Origin: an uncultured Lachnospiraceae bacterium | Lineage (GTDB): Bacteria > Bacillota > Clostridia > Lachnospirales > Lachnospiraceae | Length of the DNA stretch: 64,000 bases | Assembly: GCA_900550235.1 (NCBI GenBank) | Contig: URRQ01000007.1 | Coordinates: 1,072 to 65,071 of the forward strand | Direction of reading: 5' to 3' | Shown: positions 9,371-20,005 of the stretch, one piece after another | How positions within the stretch are numbered: position 1 is the first letter of the stretch | Layout of the letters: each line of letters starts with the position of its first letter | Position numbers and translations under genes: made by a program | Notes under the pieces: model-generated | What the model was told of the DNA's origin: nothing | Database searches by the model: none | The model's input: only the letters and a program-made list of their open reading frames with translations

Positions 9371-10141
9371 ATGAAGATGAAAAAAGTGATAAGTTTAGTG
9401 TTAGTAGGAGCGATGGCATTGTCATTTGCAGCATGTGGAAGCAAAAAAAATGAGGGAAATAAGGATGAAGGCTCAGATAAACTGATTGTGAGTACAGAAG
9501 CTGGTTTTGCACCATATGAATATATGAAAGGCGATGAAGTAGTAGGAATCGACATGGATATTGCCAAAGCAATTGCAGACGAAATGGGAAAAGAATTAGA
9601 AATCAAGAACATGGATTTTGATGGCGCGCTTTTAGCAGTACAGCAGGGAAAAGCTGATTTCGTAGCAGCCGGCGTTTCAGTAAACCCTGAACGTGAAGAA
9701 GTAATGGACTTTTCACATGATTATGTAAATTCAACAGAGGTTGTTGTTGTGAACAAAGAAGCTCCGGCAGTTAGTTCTGTGGAAGATTTGAATGGAAAAG
9801 TAATCGCAGTACAGCAAGGAAATATTGCAGATATCTGGGTATCAAATACAGAGAACTGTGAAGCAAAAGAAGTAAAACGTTACACAAAATTTGCACAGGC
9901 TGCAGAAGATTTAAAGAACAAGAAAGTAGATTGTATCGTAATGGATCAGTTCCCGGCAGAAGAGCTTGTAGCGGCTAATCCGGAATTGGAAGTGTTAGAG
10001 GGAACATTATTTGAAGATAAGTATGCAATCGGAGTGAAAAAAGGAAACAAAGAATTATTAGAGAAAATCAATACTGTAATTGATAAGCTGATTGAAGAAG
10101 GTAAGATCGAAGAATTCACAGCAAATCACGTACAGAAGTAA
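9371..10141 (+). CDS. Polar amino-acid ABC transporter substrate-binding lipoprotein (probably arginine)
   Basis: FAAC lipobox and SBP family 3 motifs (FAPYEY, GIDMDIA). Confidence 0.9.
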   Translation: MKMKKVISLVLVGAMALSFAACGSKKNEGNKDEGSDKLIVSTEAGFAPYEYMKGDEVVGIDMDIAKAIADEMGKELEIKNMDFDGALLAVQQGKADFVAAGVSVNPEREEVMDFSHDYVNSTEVVVVNKEAPAVSSVEDLNGKVIAVQQGNIADIWVSNTENCEAKEVKRYTKFAQAAEDLKNKKVDCIVMDQFPAEELVAANPELEVLEGTLFEDKYAIGVKKGNKELLEKINTVIDKLIEEGKIEEFTANHVQK

Positions 10142-10161
10142 AAATGAAAGGATAACATATC

Positions 10162-10881
10162 ATGCAAGGAATTCTTTTGACAGGATTTTTCCAAGATCTA
10201 GTCACAAAATTTGATCGAGCTTTTTTAAGAGAGCAGAGATATTTGGCTTATTTGGATGGCTTGAAAGTTACTCTTATCATTTCCATTTTGGCGGTACTTT
10301 TAGGTATCGCCATTGGTTTGGTAGTGGCAGTAGCAAAGGTCGCGTCCTCAAGAAATAAGAAACTGTGGTTGTTGAACAAGCTATGTAATATTTACTTAAC
10401 AGTAATTCGAGGAACACCGGTTATGGTACAGCTTCTTATTATATCAAACTGGATTTTCACATCCAGGGACAGTAGTGAGATTATGATCGGAGCTATTGCG
10501 TTCGGAATTAACTCCGGAGCTTATGTAGCAGAGATCATCCGTGCCGGAATCGAGTCTATCGATAAAGGACAGATGGAAGCGGGGCGTTCCCTTGGATTTA
10601 ACTACATACAGACAATGCGTTTTATTATTGTACCGCAGGCGATTAAAAATATTCTGCCGGCTCTTGGTAATGAATTGATCGTTCTCATCAAGGAGACGTC
10701 CGTTGTAGGTGCAATCGCGGCAACAGACCTTACAAAAGCGGCACAGTATATCGGCAGCAGAACTTTTGACGTATTAACACCGTTGTTTATTGCTGCAGCA
10801 TGTTATCTTGCAATGACGCTTGGAATTACCAAAGTGATTGAGTTTTTCGAAAGGAGGATGGACCAAGGTGATCGTCACTAA
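10162..10881 (+). CDS. Polar amino-acid ABC permease
   Basis: [15 protein letters not shown] and [10 protein letters not shown] motifs. Confidence 0.93.
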   Translation: MQGILLTGFFQDLVTKFDRAFLREQRYLAYLDGLKVTLIISILAVLLGIAIGLVVAVAKVASSRNKKLWLLNKLCNIYLTVIRGTPVMVQLLIISNWIFTSRDSSEIMIGAIAFGINSGAYVAEIIRAGIESIDKGQMEAGRSLGFNYIQTMRFIIVPQAIKNILPALGNELIVLIKETSVVGAIAATDLTKAAQYIGSRTFDVLTPLFIAAACYLAMTLGITKVIEFFERRMDQGDRH

Positions 10882-11590
10882 GAATTTAAAAAAGTCCTTC
10901 AACGGTAATGATGTGTTGAAAGGAATCGATGAGCATATTGAAAAAGGAGAGAAGGTCGTAATCATAGGACCATCCGGATCGGGGAAATCCACATTTCTCC
11001 GTTGCCTAAATCTGTTAGAAGAACCAACAGAAGGTGAAATCTGGTTTGAAGGCAATAATATAACTGATAAAAAAACAGATATTAATAAACTTCGTCAAAA
11101 GATGGGAATGGTTTTTCAACAATTCAACCTCTTCCCTCATATGACGGTAAAAGAAAACATTACTCTGGCACCAGTACAACTTGGTATCATGTCCAAAGAA
11201 GAGGCGAACGAAAAAGCAATGCAATTGTTAAAGCGAGTTGGTCTTCCGGAAAAAGCGGACCAATATCCAAAGCAATTATCCGGCGGACAAAAGCAACGTA
11301 TTGCAATTGCAAGAGCGCTTGCGATGAATCCGGATGTGATGTTATTTGATGAGCCCACATCGGCGCTTGACCCGGAGATGGTAGGCGAGGTACTGCAGTT
11401 GATGAAAGAACTTGCAGACGAAGGAATGACAATGGTGGTAGTTACTCACGAGATGGGATTTGCCAAAGAGGTAGCAACAAGAGTGTTGTTTATCGATGAG
11501 GGAATTGTAAAAGAGCAGAATAATCCGAAAGATTTCTTTGAAAATCCACAGGATCCGAGATTGAAGGATTTCTTGTCAAAAGTGCTGTAG
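10868..11590 (+). CDS. Polar amino-acid ABC ATPase (GlnQ family)
   Basis: [16 protein letters not shown] and [11 protein letters not shown] motifs. GTG start at 10868 behind AGGAGG. Confidence 0.93.
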   Translation: MIVTKNLKKSFNGNDVLKGIDEHIEKGEKVVIIGPSGSGKSTFLRCLNLLEEPTEGEIWFEGNNITDKKTDINKLRQKMGMVFQQFNLFPHMTVKENITLAPVQLGIMSKEEANEKAMQLLKRVGLPEKADQYPKQLSGGQKQRIAIARALAMNPDVMLFDEPTSALDPEMVGEVLQLMKELADEGMTMVVVTHEMGFAKEVATRVLFIDEGIVKEQNNPKDFFENPQDPRLKDFLSKVL

Positions 11591-11714
11591 GAAAAGAGAA
11601 TAAAATGTGAGTCTGTGAAAACATTGTGTACTTCCTAAATATTTGATAAACTCTGTTGACTTTATTTTTCATAAGTTCTATAGTTTGTAGCATACGAAAT
11701 ATGCGAAGTGAGGA

Positions 11715-12119
11715 ATGATTATGAAAGAAAAATTACAGCGTTTTATGATGGGTAGATACGGGACAGATGCACTTAACAAGTTCTTGTTGGGGTGTTCGGT
11801 AGTATTGCTTATCTTTTCTATGTTTACACGAAGAGGAAATATGTTATATTCCTTGGCATTATTGCTCTTATTGATCAGTTATGTTAGAATGTTTTCGAGA
11901 AACATACAGGCGAGATATAATGAAAATATCAAGTTTTATAATATGAAGAATCAGTTCTTCGGTTTCTTTAAAAAACAAAAGTCTTACATGGAACAAAGGA
12001 AGACATATCACATCTACAAATGTCCAACATGTAAGCAGAAAATTCGTATTCCGAAAGGAAAAGGAAAAATCATGGTGACATGTCCAAAGTGTAAGACAGA
12101 GTTTATGAAAAATAGTTAG
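11715..12119 (+). CDS. Hypothetical membrane protein with C-terminal zinc ribbon
   Basis: Two hydrophobic helices, then CPTC...CPKC. Confidence 0.8.
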   Translation: MIMKEKLQRFMMGRYGTDALNKFLLGCSVVLLIFSMFTRRGNMLYSLALLLLLISYVRMFSRNIQARYNENIKFYNMKNQFFGFFKKQKSYMEQRKTYHIYKCPTCKQKIRIPKGKGKIMVTCPKCKTEFMKNS

Positions 12120-12136
12120 GAGCAGAAAAAAAGACT

Positions 12137-12493
12137 ATGAGTATTTTATTTTTAGAATATCCAAAGTGTACAACATGTCAAAAGGCAAAGAAATGGCTGG
12201 TTGAAAATGAAGTCGATTTTACAGCTCGTCATATTGTAGAAGTGAATCCTACAGTAGAGGAGTTAAGAGCATTTCACAAAAAGAGTGGACTTCCGCTTAA
12301 GAGATTTTTCAATACAAGCGGTATGAAGTATAAGGAGCTTCAGCTGAAAGACAAACTTCCGACTATGTCAGAGGAAGAACAATATGAACTTCTGGCTACA
12401 GATGGAATGCTTGTAAAGCGTCCGATTATTGTAGGAGAATCATTTGCGATTCCAGGATTCAAGGAAACAGTTTGGGCTGAGGTTTTAAAATAA
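12137..12493 (+). CDS. ArsC/Spx-family thioredoxin-fold protein
   Basis: CTTCQKA, FFNTSG and LVKRP motifs. Confidence 0.9.
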   Translation: MSILFLEYPKCTTCQKAKKWLVENEVDFTARHIVEVNPTVEELRAFHKKSGLPLKRFFNTSGMKYKELQLKDKLPTMSEEEQYELLATDGMLVKRPIIVGESFAIPGFKETVWAEVLK

Positions 12494-14244
12494 TGAAATA
12501 TGAAAGAATTCAGGTTGGGAGGTTCATAGAACGTCCCAACCGTTTTATTGCGTATGTAGAGATTAATGGTTTGAAGGAAACCGTTCATGTGAAAAATACC
12601 GGACGTTGTGCAGAACTTTTAAAGCCTGGGGCTACAGTATATGTGCAAAAGAGTGATCATTTGGAACGAAAGACACAGTGGGACTTGATCGGTGTAGAAA
12701 AGGGAGAGCGTTTGATCAATATGGATTCTCAGATTCCTAATACTGTTGTAAAAGAATGGCTGGAAGAAGGCAATCTATTTGATATACCCGTATCTATTTA
12801 TCCTGAAACAACGTATGGGAAGTCGCGATTCGATCTATATGTGAAAGTCGGAGAGCGAAAGGTGTTTATTGAAGTGAAAGGTGTAACTTTAGAGGAAGAT
12901 GGTGTTGCCCGTTTTCCGGACGCACCGACGGAGCGTGGAGTCAAGCATGTAGAAGAGCTGATCAAAGCGTTAAAAGATGGTTACGAATCGTATATCATAT
13001 TTGTGATACAGATGAAAGGAGTACGGTACTTTACTCCAAATGTCAATACACACCCGGAATTTGCAGAAGCGCTTAAAAAGGCTAAAAAAGAGGGAGTGAA
13101 GATTTTAGCATATGATTGTGATGTAAAAGAAGATGAAATTCGATTAAGTTCATCTGTTCCGGTTGTCTTATTCGAGCCAAGGCTTATGGAAATGAGAGAT
13201 GAAGTTGTAGCATGGTACAGAACGAATAAGCGACAGCTTCCTTGGAGAGAGCATGTGAATGCATATCGTGTCTGGGTATCTGAAATTATGTTGCAGCAGA
13301 CGCGTGTGGAGACGGTAAAACCTTATTATGAACGATTTTTAAAAGAATTTCCAACGGTAAAGGAATTAGCAGAAGCAGAGGAAGATAAGCTTTTAAAACT
13401 TTGGGAAGGCTTAGGATATTATAATCGAGTAAAAAACATGCAAAAGGCTGCGAAGCAAGTAATGCTAGATTATCATGGAGAATTTCCGGATACTTATGAA
13501 GAAATTCGTTCTCTTACGGGAATTGGAAATTATACGGCAGGAGCGATCAGCGCTTTTGCTTATGGGATTCCGGAGCCTGCAGTCGATGGAAATGTATTAC
13601 GTGTAATATCTAGAATTCTTTGTAGTGATGAAGATATCATGAAAGCATCTGTTCGAACGAAAATAGAAAACGCAATTCGTGAGGTGATACCTGTTGATGC
13701 AGCAGGAGACTTTAATCAAGGGTTGATCGAATTAGGCGCGCTTATTTGTGTTCCAAATGGAATACCAAAATGCGAGGAATGTCCGGTTCGTGCGTTTTGC
13801 CTTGCAAAAGAACAGAATCGTGTCATGGAGCTTCCGGTAAAAACGAAAGCAAAGGCAAGAAAGATAGAGAATAGAACCGTTTTTATTATAAAAGATGGGG
13901 ATAAAGTAGGGATTCGAAAGCGGCCGGGCAAGGGTTTGTTATCGGGGCTATATGAACTTCCTAATGAATTAGGGCATATGGATGAAGATGAAGTGATTGC
14001 ATATTGCAAGCAGATTGGTCTAAGTCCGTTACGATTGAAGAAACTTGGAACAGGTAAGCATATTTTCAGCCATATAGAATGGCATATGGAAGGTTATGCT
14101 GTTCAACTTGATGAGCTTGCCATGCAAGAGGCAGAAGGAGTGATTTTTTTACTTCCGGAAGAGGTGGAAAAAAATTATCCGATTCCATCTGCATTTGAGG
14201 CATATACAAAATTTTTGGATATTAAACTTGGACCGGAAAAATAA
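12493..14244 (+). CDS. mutY: SfsA-MutY fusion: PD-(D/E)XK nuclease plus A/G-specific adenine glycosylase
   Basis: About aa 1-225 is SfsA (RPNRF, NTGR, SRFD, EVKGVT, FPDAPTERG). The rest is MutY (LPWR, SEIMLQQT, GIGNYTA, VDGNV, four-Cys Fe-S motif). Confidence 0.93.
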   Translation: MKYERIQVGRFIERPNRFIAYVEINGLKETVHVKNTGRCAELLKPGATVYVQKSDHLERKTQWDLIGVEKGERLINMDSQIPNTVVKEWLEEGNLFDIPVSIYPETTYGKSRFDLYVKVGERKVFIEVKGVTLEEDGVARFPDAPTERGVKHVEELIKALKDGYESYIIFVIQMKGVRYFTPNVNTHPEFAEALKKAKKEGVKILAYDCDVKEDEIRLSSSVPVVLFEPRLMEMRDEVVAWYRTNKRQLPWREHVNAYRVWVSEIMLQQTRVETVKPYYERFLKEFPTVKELAEAEEDKLLKLWEGLGYYNRVKNMQKAAKQVMLDYHGEFPDTYEEIRSLTGIGNYTAGAISAFAYGIPEPAVDGNVLRVISRILCSDEDIMKASVRTKIENAIREVIPVDAAGDFNQGLIELGALICVPNGIPKCEECPVRAFCLAKEQNRVMELPVKTKAKARKIENRTVFIIKDGDKVGIRKRPGKGLLSGLYELPNELGHMDEDEVIAYCKQIGLSPLRLKKLGTGKHIFSHIEWHMEGYAVQLDELAMQEAEGVIFLLPEEVEKNYPIPSAFEAYTKFLDIKLGPEK

Positions 14245-14250
14245 AAGTGA

Positions 14251-14288
14251 AAAGGCGATGTTGCATATGTTTGCGACATCGCCTTTTT
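14251..14288. terminator. Bidirectional terminator
   Basis: AAAGGCGATGTTGCA / TGCGACATCGCCTTT stem. Confidence 0.75.
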
Positions 14289-14305
14289 ATGATCCTTCAT
14301 TCAAT

Positions 14306-14536
14306 TTACATGCCTCCTTTTTCTGTCAATCCACAAATTGTACTGATGACAAAATAGCGTAGATTCTTAATCTGACGGATTGTTCCACTAATTAAGTCAG
14401 ATCTGTAAGCTGCTTTAATCATTAAGCTGATTCTGCTTTTGTGAAGAAATGGAAGTCTCATCAAAGATCTCTCATCAGCTAAAACAAGGAATACCAAGGT
14501 AATGATCATGCTGGCTATGATTGTTAAGGTTAACAT
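14306..14536 (-). CDS. Small single-TM hypothetical protein (76 aa)
   Basis: AAGGAGG RBS, N-terminal hydrophobic helix, own promoter and terminator. Confidence 0.7.
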   Translation of the reverse strand: MLTLTIIASMIITLVFLVLADERSLMRLPFLHKSRISLMIKAAYRSDLISGTIRQIKNLRYFVISTICGLTEKGGM

Positions 14537-14581
14537 AAAACCGCCTCCTTATGAAAAAAACAGTTCCTTTAAGTTAACCTT

Positions 14582-14610
14582 ATCATACAGCCTAATTGTC
14601 AGAAAGTCAA
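14582..14610 (-). promoter_or_regulatory. Sigma-A promoter with overlapping CodY-like box
   Basis: Minus strand TTGACT-N17-TATGAT. GACTTTCTGACAATT matches 12 of 15 positions of AATTTTCWGAAAATT. Confidence 0.5.
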
Positions 14611-15272
14611 CGTATTTTTACTAAATTATTAGATAAATTCTTTGAGGTGTTTCGTTCTGTTTTGTAGATCAGAATATAAAGAACCGATACAAGTGCACAT
14701 CCGGCGATTACATCAACTACAGAATGTTGTTTCAAAAACATAGTGGACAGAACGATCAATATAGTTAAGACCAAAGAAGAAATCTGTACCCATTTTACCT
14801 TTTGCAATTTTTCGCAATTTGCAATAGAAAGATATGCGGCAATGGAATTATACACATGGATACTAGGTAATACATTCGTAGAAGTATCGGTTGCGTATAG
14901 ACTTTTTACCATATCGACAAAAATGTTGTCCCTTGCAAAAGTATCCGGCCGCAGGTTTAATCCGTTGGGATATAGAGTGGAGATGATTAAAAAGATTGTC
15001 ATTCCACTAAACAGCAATGTGATCATGCGATAAAATTCTGTTTTTCCCCCAAATAACAGGAAGTATCCAATGGTTACTGCTATATAGGCAAACCATAAGA
15101 GATAAGGAACGATGAAGAATTCGATAAATGGAATCTTATCGTCAAGTCCCACATGAATGAGATGAAAGTCAGTAGTTACATGCTTTTCCAAATATAAAAA
15201 CCATGGAATATAGAGAAAAGCATATAAACCAACCCATGCACGTTTATAGTTTTCAGAAAATTTTTTTGCCAT
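14607..15272 (-). CDS. PAP2-superfamily membrane phosphatase/phosphotransferase
   Basis: LPSIH and STMFLKQHSVVDV motifs, several TM helices. Confidence 0.85.
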   Translation of the reverse strand: MAKKFSENYKRAWVGLYAFLYIPWFLYLEKHVTTDFHLIHVGLDDKIPFIEFFIVPYLLWFAYIAVTIGYFLLFGGKTEFYRMITLLFSGMTIFLIISTLYPNGLNLRPDTFARDNIFVDMVKSLYATDTSTNVLPSIHVYNSIAAYLSIANCEKLQKVKWVQISSLVLTILIVLSTMFLKQHSVVDVIAGCALVSVLYILIYKTERNTSKNLSNNLVKIR

Positions 15273-15441
15273 AAAAAGGCTCCCTTTCATTTTAAAATAT
15301 CAATCAAAATATATAAGATTTTCCCAGTTTGCTTCTCATGCATTATAGCATGGGATTTGTTGAATCACAAGGAAGGAGAGCATTTCTTAATAAAATCTTT
15401 AATGTTTTTCGCAAATCTTTATAGATAGAATGAAACGTGTG

Positions 15442-16371
15442 TTATTTACAATCCTGCGGTGTGATGAGGTGAATTTGTTCCGGCAAGCAGTGAATAGACA
15501 AGTCTGTTTGCAAAAACCATGGTTCCCCATCGGTATGTAGTTCGCGCGGAGATTCAGAATGTATGGAAAGGCTGTGACAGGAATAGAGGCTACAACCTTT
15601 AAAGAGAATGTGTTTTCCCCAAAGCGCTGTTGGAAGAAGCAAAAGCATTTTCCATTTTGATAAATCTGCAATGACACAGACATTTAACTTCCCATCGGAA
15701 GGATTTGCCCCGGGAGCAAAAAGAAATCCGCCCCCTTCGTATGGCTGATTCATTGAAGCGATAAAATAGCAATGCTGAAAGGTATGCGTCACATTGTTAT
15801 CCAAGGTTAAGTTCACCTTGCATGGCTTCAAATGAAACCATTGTCTAAGCGCAACGAAGACATAGACTAATTTGCCGAGTTTGAAGCGGTTTAATCTGGA
15901 TTTCCAATGGGAAACAACGACTTCGTGGCAGATTGCAGCATCAAAACCAAAGCCGGCGCTAATGGCAAAACGATGGGTTTTATTTTTATAAGTAAGTTCT
16001 CCAATGTCCATTTTTTGCGTATGCTTGGCGGATAAAATCATATTCAAAGCATGAATAGGGTCTGTAGGAAGGCAATAGCTTCTTGCAAAATCATTTCCGG
16101 ATCCCATAGGAATATATCCTAACGTTATTTTTTCGGGATAGGAGATCCCATTTATTACTTCATTGACAGTTCCGTCACCGCCTAGAATGATAATGGTATG
16201 TTCTTTTTTATCAGAGGTAAGTTCTCTGATAAGTTTTTCAATGTGGCGGTGAGGTGACGTGAAAAACACCCGATAGCAGATGCCACGGGTGTCAAGTTCA
16301 GTTTCAACGGACTTCCATATTTGTTTCCCGAGTCCGGAACGGGAATGTGGATTAACGATAAAAGTATACAT
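15442..16371 (-). CDS. Diacylglycerol/lipid kinase family protein (YegS/DagK-like)
   Basis: IVNPHS, GGDGTVNEV and GSGNDF motifs. Confidence 0.9.
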   Translation of the reverse strand: MYTFIVNPHSRSGLGKQIWKSVETELDTRGICYRVFFTSPHRHIEKLIRELTSDKKEHTIIILGGDGTVNEVINGISYPEKITLGYIPMGSGNDFARSYCLPTDPIHALNMILSAKHTQKMDIGELTYKNKTHRFAISAGFGFDAAICHEVVVSHWKSRLNRFKLGKLVYVFVALRQWFHLKPCKVNLTLDNNVTHTFQHCYFIASMNQPYEGGGFLFAPGANPSDGKLNVCVIADLSKWKMLLLLPTALWGKHILFKGCSLYSCHSLSIHSESPRELHTDGEPWFLQTDLSIHCLPEQIHLITPQDCK

Positions 16372-16376
16372 AGTTC

Positions 16377-17861
16377 TTATTGATAAATATTTTTATTTTC
16401 TTTTTTTGATTCCGACGTTAATTGAATGCCTAGTTTTTTGAACATTTTCGTATCAACAGATGAAAGCATGACAGAAGTATGAACCTGGCAGCCTTTTAAT
16501 TTTGGAATCTGTTCCAAGGCAAGTCGTGCAACAGGATCAGTAGCTGCGCTGATAGAAAGCGCTATGAGCACTTCATCTGTATGAAGACGAGGGTTTTTGC
16601 TTCCAAGATATCTTGTCTTTAATGTTTGAATTGGTTCAATTGCTTCCGGTGAAATCATATGGATTTCATCATCTAAATCAGCAAGATATTTTAGAGCATT
16701 TAAAAGCAATGCTGCGGATGCTCCTAAGAGGTTAGAAGTCTTTCCGGTAATAATTTTACCATCGTCTAATTCAATTGCAGCAGCAGGACCGTCAGTTTCT
16801 TCTGCACGCTTTAATGCAGCAGCAACAACAAGACGATCTTCTGTTGTAACATGAGCTTGCTTCATTAAAAGCTCGATTTTGAATACTTCATCTTCGCTGA
16901 TTTCTCCGGCAGACATTCTGTTTAATGCGGAATAGTATCTGCGAATAATTTCCTGGCAGGAAGCTTCTTTGCATGCTTCATCATCACAGATGCAGTTTCC
17001 GACCATGTTAACGCCCATATCCGTAGGTGATTTGTATGGATTTTCCCCATAGATTTTTTCAAAAATTGCATCGAGAACGGGGAAAATCTCCACATCACGG
17101 TTGTAATTAACTGTTGTTACTCCATAAGTTTCCAAATGGAATGGATCAATCATATTGATATCATTTAAGTCTGCTGTTGCAGCTTCATATGCGAGATTAA
17201 CCGGATGTTTTAACGGAAGATTCCATACAGGGAAAGTTTCGAATTTAGCATAACCTGCACGGACACCGCGTTTTAATTCGTGGTACAGCTGAGATAGACA
17301 GGTTGCCATCTTTCCGCTTCCCGGTCCTGGAGCCGTGATGATTACAAGTGGTCTTGTTGTTTCGATATATTCATTTTTGCCATACCCATCATCGCTTACA
17401 ATGAGAGGAATATTCGACGGATATCCTTCTATACAATAATGTACATAGACTTTGATTCCCAGTTTTTCTAATTTGCTTTTGAATAAATTCGCGCTGCTTT
17501 GTCCGGAATATTGTGTGATCACAACACTTCCGACATAAAGACCGCTTTGGCGGAAAGAATCCATAAGACGTAAAACGTCTGTATCATAAGTAATGCCAAG
17601 ATCGCCTCGAATTTTGTTCTTCTCAATATCTCCTGCACTGATTACGATTACAATTTCTGCTTGATCTGATAATTGCATCAAAAGGCGCAGTTTGCTGTCA
17701 GGAGCAAATCCCGGAAGAACTCTGGAAGCATGGTAGTCATCAAAAAGTTTGCCGCCAAATTCTAGATATAGTTTGTTGTCAAATTGATTGATGCGTTCCA
17801 GAATATGTTCGGACTGCATTTTTAAATATTTATCATTATCAAATCCAACTTTCATAATCAT
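16377..17861 (-). CDS. DUF1846 (UPF0371) family protein
   Basis: LYLEFGGKLFDDYHASRVLPGF, APGPGSGKMATC and SPTDMGVNM motifs. Confidence 0.85.
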   Translation of the reverse strand: MIMKVGFDNDKYLKMQSEHILERINQFDNKLYLEFGGKLFDDYHASRVLPGFAPDSKLRLLMQLSDQAEIVIVISAGDIEKNKIRGDLGITYDTDVLRLMDSFRQSGLYVGSVVITQYSGQSSANLFKSKLEKLGIKVYVHYCIEGYPSNIPLIVSDDGYGKNEYIETTRPLVIITAPGPGSGKMATCLSQLYHELKRGVRAGYAKFETFPVWNLPLKHPVNLAYEAATADLNDINMIDPFHLETYGVTTVNYNRDVEIFPVLDAIFEKIYGENPYKSPTDMGVNMVGNCICDDEACKEASCQEIIRRYYSALNRMSAGEISEDEVFKIELLMKQAHVTTEDRLVVAAALKRAEETDGPAAAIELDDGKIITGKTSNLLGASAALLLNALKYLADLDDEIHMISPEAIEPIQTLKTRYLGSKNPRLHTDEVLIALSISAATDPVARLALEQIPKLKGCQVHTSVMLSSVDTKMFKKLGIQLTSESKKENKNIYQ

Positions 17862-18048
17862 GTCTCCTTGCTCTATCTTCTGTTATAATCATTTACTCTT
17901 AAAATAATAGTATACTACAAAATAAAATAATTGTCTAAGAGAATTTTATAGAAGTTTAAGATTTAGACAAAGACTTTTCACAATCTTTTTATTGATTTAT
18001 GTCATAGCCCTACTTATAATAGAATAGATAGGAAACAGGAGGATAATT

Positions 18049-19971
18049 ATGGATAATCAGAATAATAGAAACAAGAATAATAATCCGAAAAATAATAAAC
18101 AAGGCTTTGGAATTATTTTTGTAACAACGATCATTACATTATTTCTAGTTATGGGATTATATCGATTGATGCCTGGAAAAAATCCAGAAGAGATTTCATA
18201 TAGTAAATTTTTGGATATGGTAGAAGCGGGGCAAGTAGATAAGGTAGTAATCGGCTCAGACAGTATTGAGATCACACCGAAGAAAAAGGAGAATGCTAAT
18301 CCTTTATTGACCACCGTAGCGCCGCATTACTATACAGGAATTATGAATGACGATAAGCTGGTCGATCGATTAAGAGAAGCAAAGGTAGAAGTGACACAGG
18401 AGATTCCTAAGACAGGAACGATGATGTTTTGGAATGTTATGTTAACACTTGTTCTGCCTACAGCGCTTTTAGTAGGGGCTTTGGTTTTCCTTACAAAGAG
18501 GATGTCAAAAGGCGGCGGTATGATGGGCATTGGAAAAAGCAATGCCAAAGTATATGTAGAAAAGTCTACCGGCGTTACTTTTAAAGATGTGGCTGGGCAG
18601 GATGAGGCGAAGGAATCCTTACAGGAAGTAGTTGATTTTCTTCATAATCCGGGAAAATACACAAGTATTGGTGCTAAACTTCCGAAAGGGGCATTATTGG
18701 TCGGACCTCCGGGAACCGGTAAAACACTTCTTGCAAAAGCGGTAGCAGGAGAAGCAAAAGTTCCGTTCTTTTCCCTTTCAGGTTCTGCATTCGTAGAAAT
18801 GTACGTTGGTGTTGGAGCATCTCGTGTACGTGATCTTTTCAAACAGGCACAGGCTATGGCGCCATGTATTATCTTTATTGATGAGATTGATGCGATTGGA
18901 AAAAGCCGTGACAATGCAATGGGAAGTAATGATGAAAGAGAGCAGACTTTGAATCAGCTTCTTGCGGAGATGGATGGATTTGATACAGACAAAGGACTAT
19001 TACTCCTTGCAGCTACAAACAGACCGGAGATTCTCGATCCTGCGCTTTTAAGACCGGGACGTTTTGACAGACGTATTATTGTAGATACACCGGACCTTAG
19101 AGGACGTGTGGATGTGTTAAAAGTTCATGCGAAAGATGTTAAAATGGATGAAACTGTAGACTTGGAAGCAATCGCATTGGCAACGAGTGGAGCTGTAGGA
19201 TCAGATCTTGCGAATATGATCAATGAAGCAGCGATTAATGCAGTAAAGAATGGCCGTCAGGTTGTGTCACAGGCTGATTTGTTTGAAGCGGTGGAAGTTG
19301 TACTTGTAGGTAAGGAGAAGAAAGACCGCATTATGAATGCAGAAGAGAGAAGAATTGTTTCATATCATGAGGTCGGACATGCGCTTGTAAGCGCCCTTCA
19401 AAAAGATTCGGAACCGGTGCAGAAGATTACGATTGTTCCAAGAACAATGGGAGCTTTAGGGTATGTGATGCAGACACCGGAAGAAGAAAAGTTCTTGAAT
19501 ACAAAAAAAGAATTAGAAGCGATGCTTGTAGGTCTTCTCGCTGGACGTGCAGCAGAGGAAATTGTATTCGATACAGTAACAACAGGAGCTTCTAATGATA
19601 TTGAAAAAGCGACAAAAGTAGCGAGAGCTATGATTACCCAGTATGGTATGTCTGAAAAATTTGGATTGATCGGACTGGAGTCAGTTCAGCATAGATATTT
19701 AGATGGACGTCCTGTCGCAAATTGCGGCGAGGAAACTGCAGGAGAGATTGACAAAGAAGTCATGAAGATGCTCAAGGATGCTTATGAAGAAGCAAAACGT
19801 CTTTTGAGAGAAAATAGAGAATCTCTTGATAAAATCGCAGCATTTTTGATTGAAAAAGAGACGATTACAGGAAAAGAATTTATGAAGATTTTCCGTGAAG
19901 TACAAGGGATTACAGAAGATGAAGAGAAGGATCAGCCATCTCATATTGAAATGAAATCAGAGGAAGAATAA
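18049..19971 (+). CDS. ftsH: ATP-dependent zinc metalloprotease FtsH
   Basis: Two TM helices, [21 protein letters not shown] and HEVGH. Confidence 0.96.
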   Translation: MDNQNNRNKNNNPKNNKQGFGIIFVTTIITLFLVMGLYRLMPGKNPEEISYSKFLDMVEAGQVDKVVIGSDSIEITPKKKENANPLLTTVAPHYYTGIMNDDKLVDRLREAKVEVTQEIPKTGTMMFWNVMLTLVLPTALLVGALVFLTKRMSKGGGMMGIGKSNAKVYVEKSTGVTFKDVAGQDEAKESLQEVVDFLHNPGKYTSIGAKLPKGALLVGPPGTGKTLLAKAVAGEAKVPFFSLSGSAFVEMYVGVGASRVRDLFKQAQAMAPCIIFIDEIDAIGKSRDNAMGSNDEREQTLNQLLAEMDGFDTDKGLLLLAATNRPEILDPALLRPGRFDRRIIVDTPDLRGRVDVLKVHAKDVKMDETVDLEAIALATSGAVGSDLANMINEAAINAVKNGRQVVSQADLFEAVEVVLVGKEKKDRIMNAEERRIVSYHEVGHALVSALQKDSEPVQKITIVPRTMGALGYVMQTPEEEKFLNTKKELEAMLVGLLAGRAAEEIVFDTVTTGASNDIEKATKVARAMITQYGMSEKFGLIGLESVQHRYLDGRPVANCGEETAGEIDKEVMKMLKDAYEEAKRLLRENRESLDKIAAFLIEKETITGKEFMKIFREVQGITEDEEKDQPSHIEMKSEEE

Positions 19972-20005
19972 GAAGACCCGGAAGAGAAATCTTCCGGGTT
20001 TCTTT
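19971..20005 (+). terminator. Intrinsic terminator
   Basis: ACCCGGAAGA / TCTTCCGGGT stem with T-rich tail. Confidence 0.75.
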
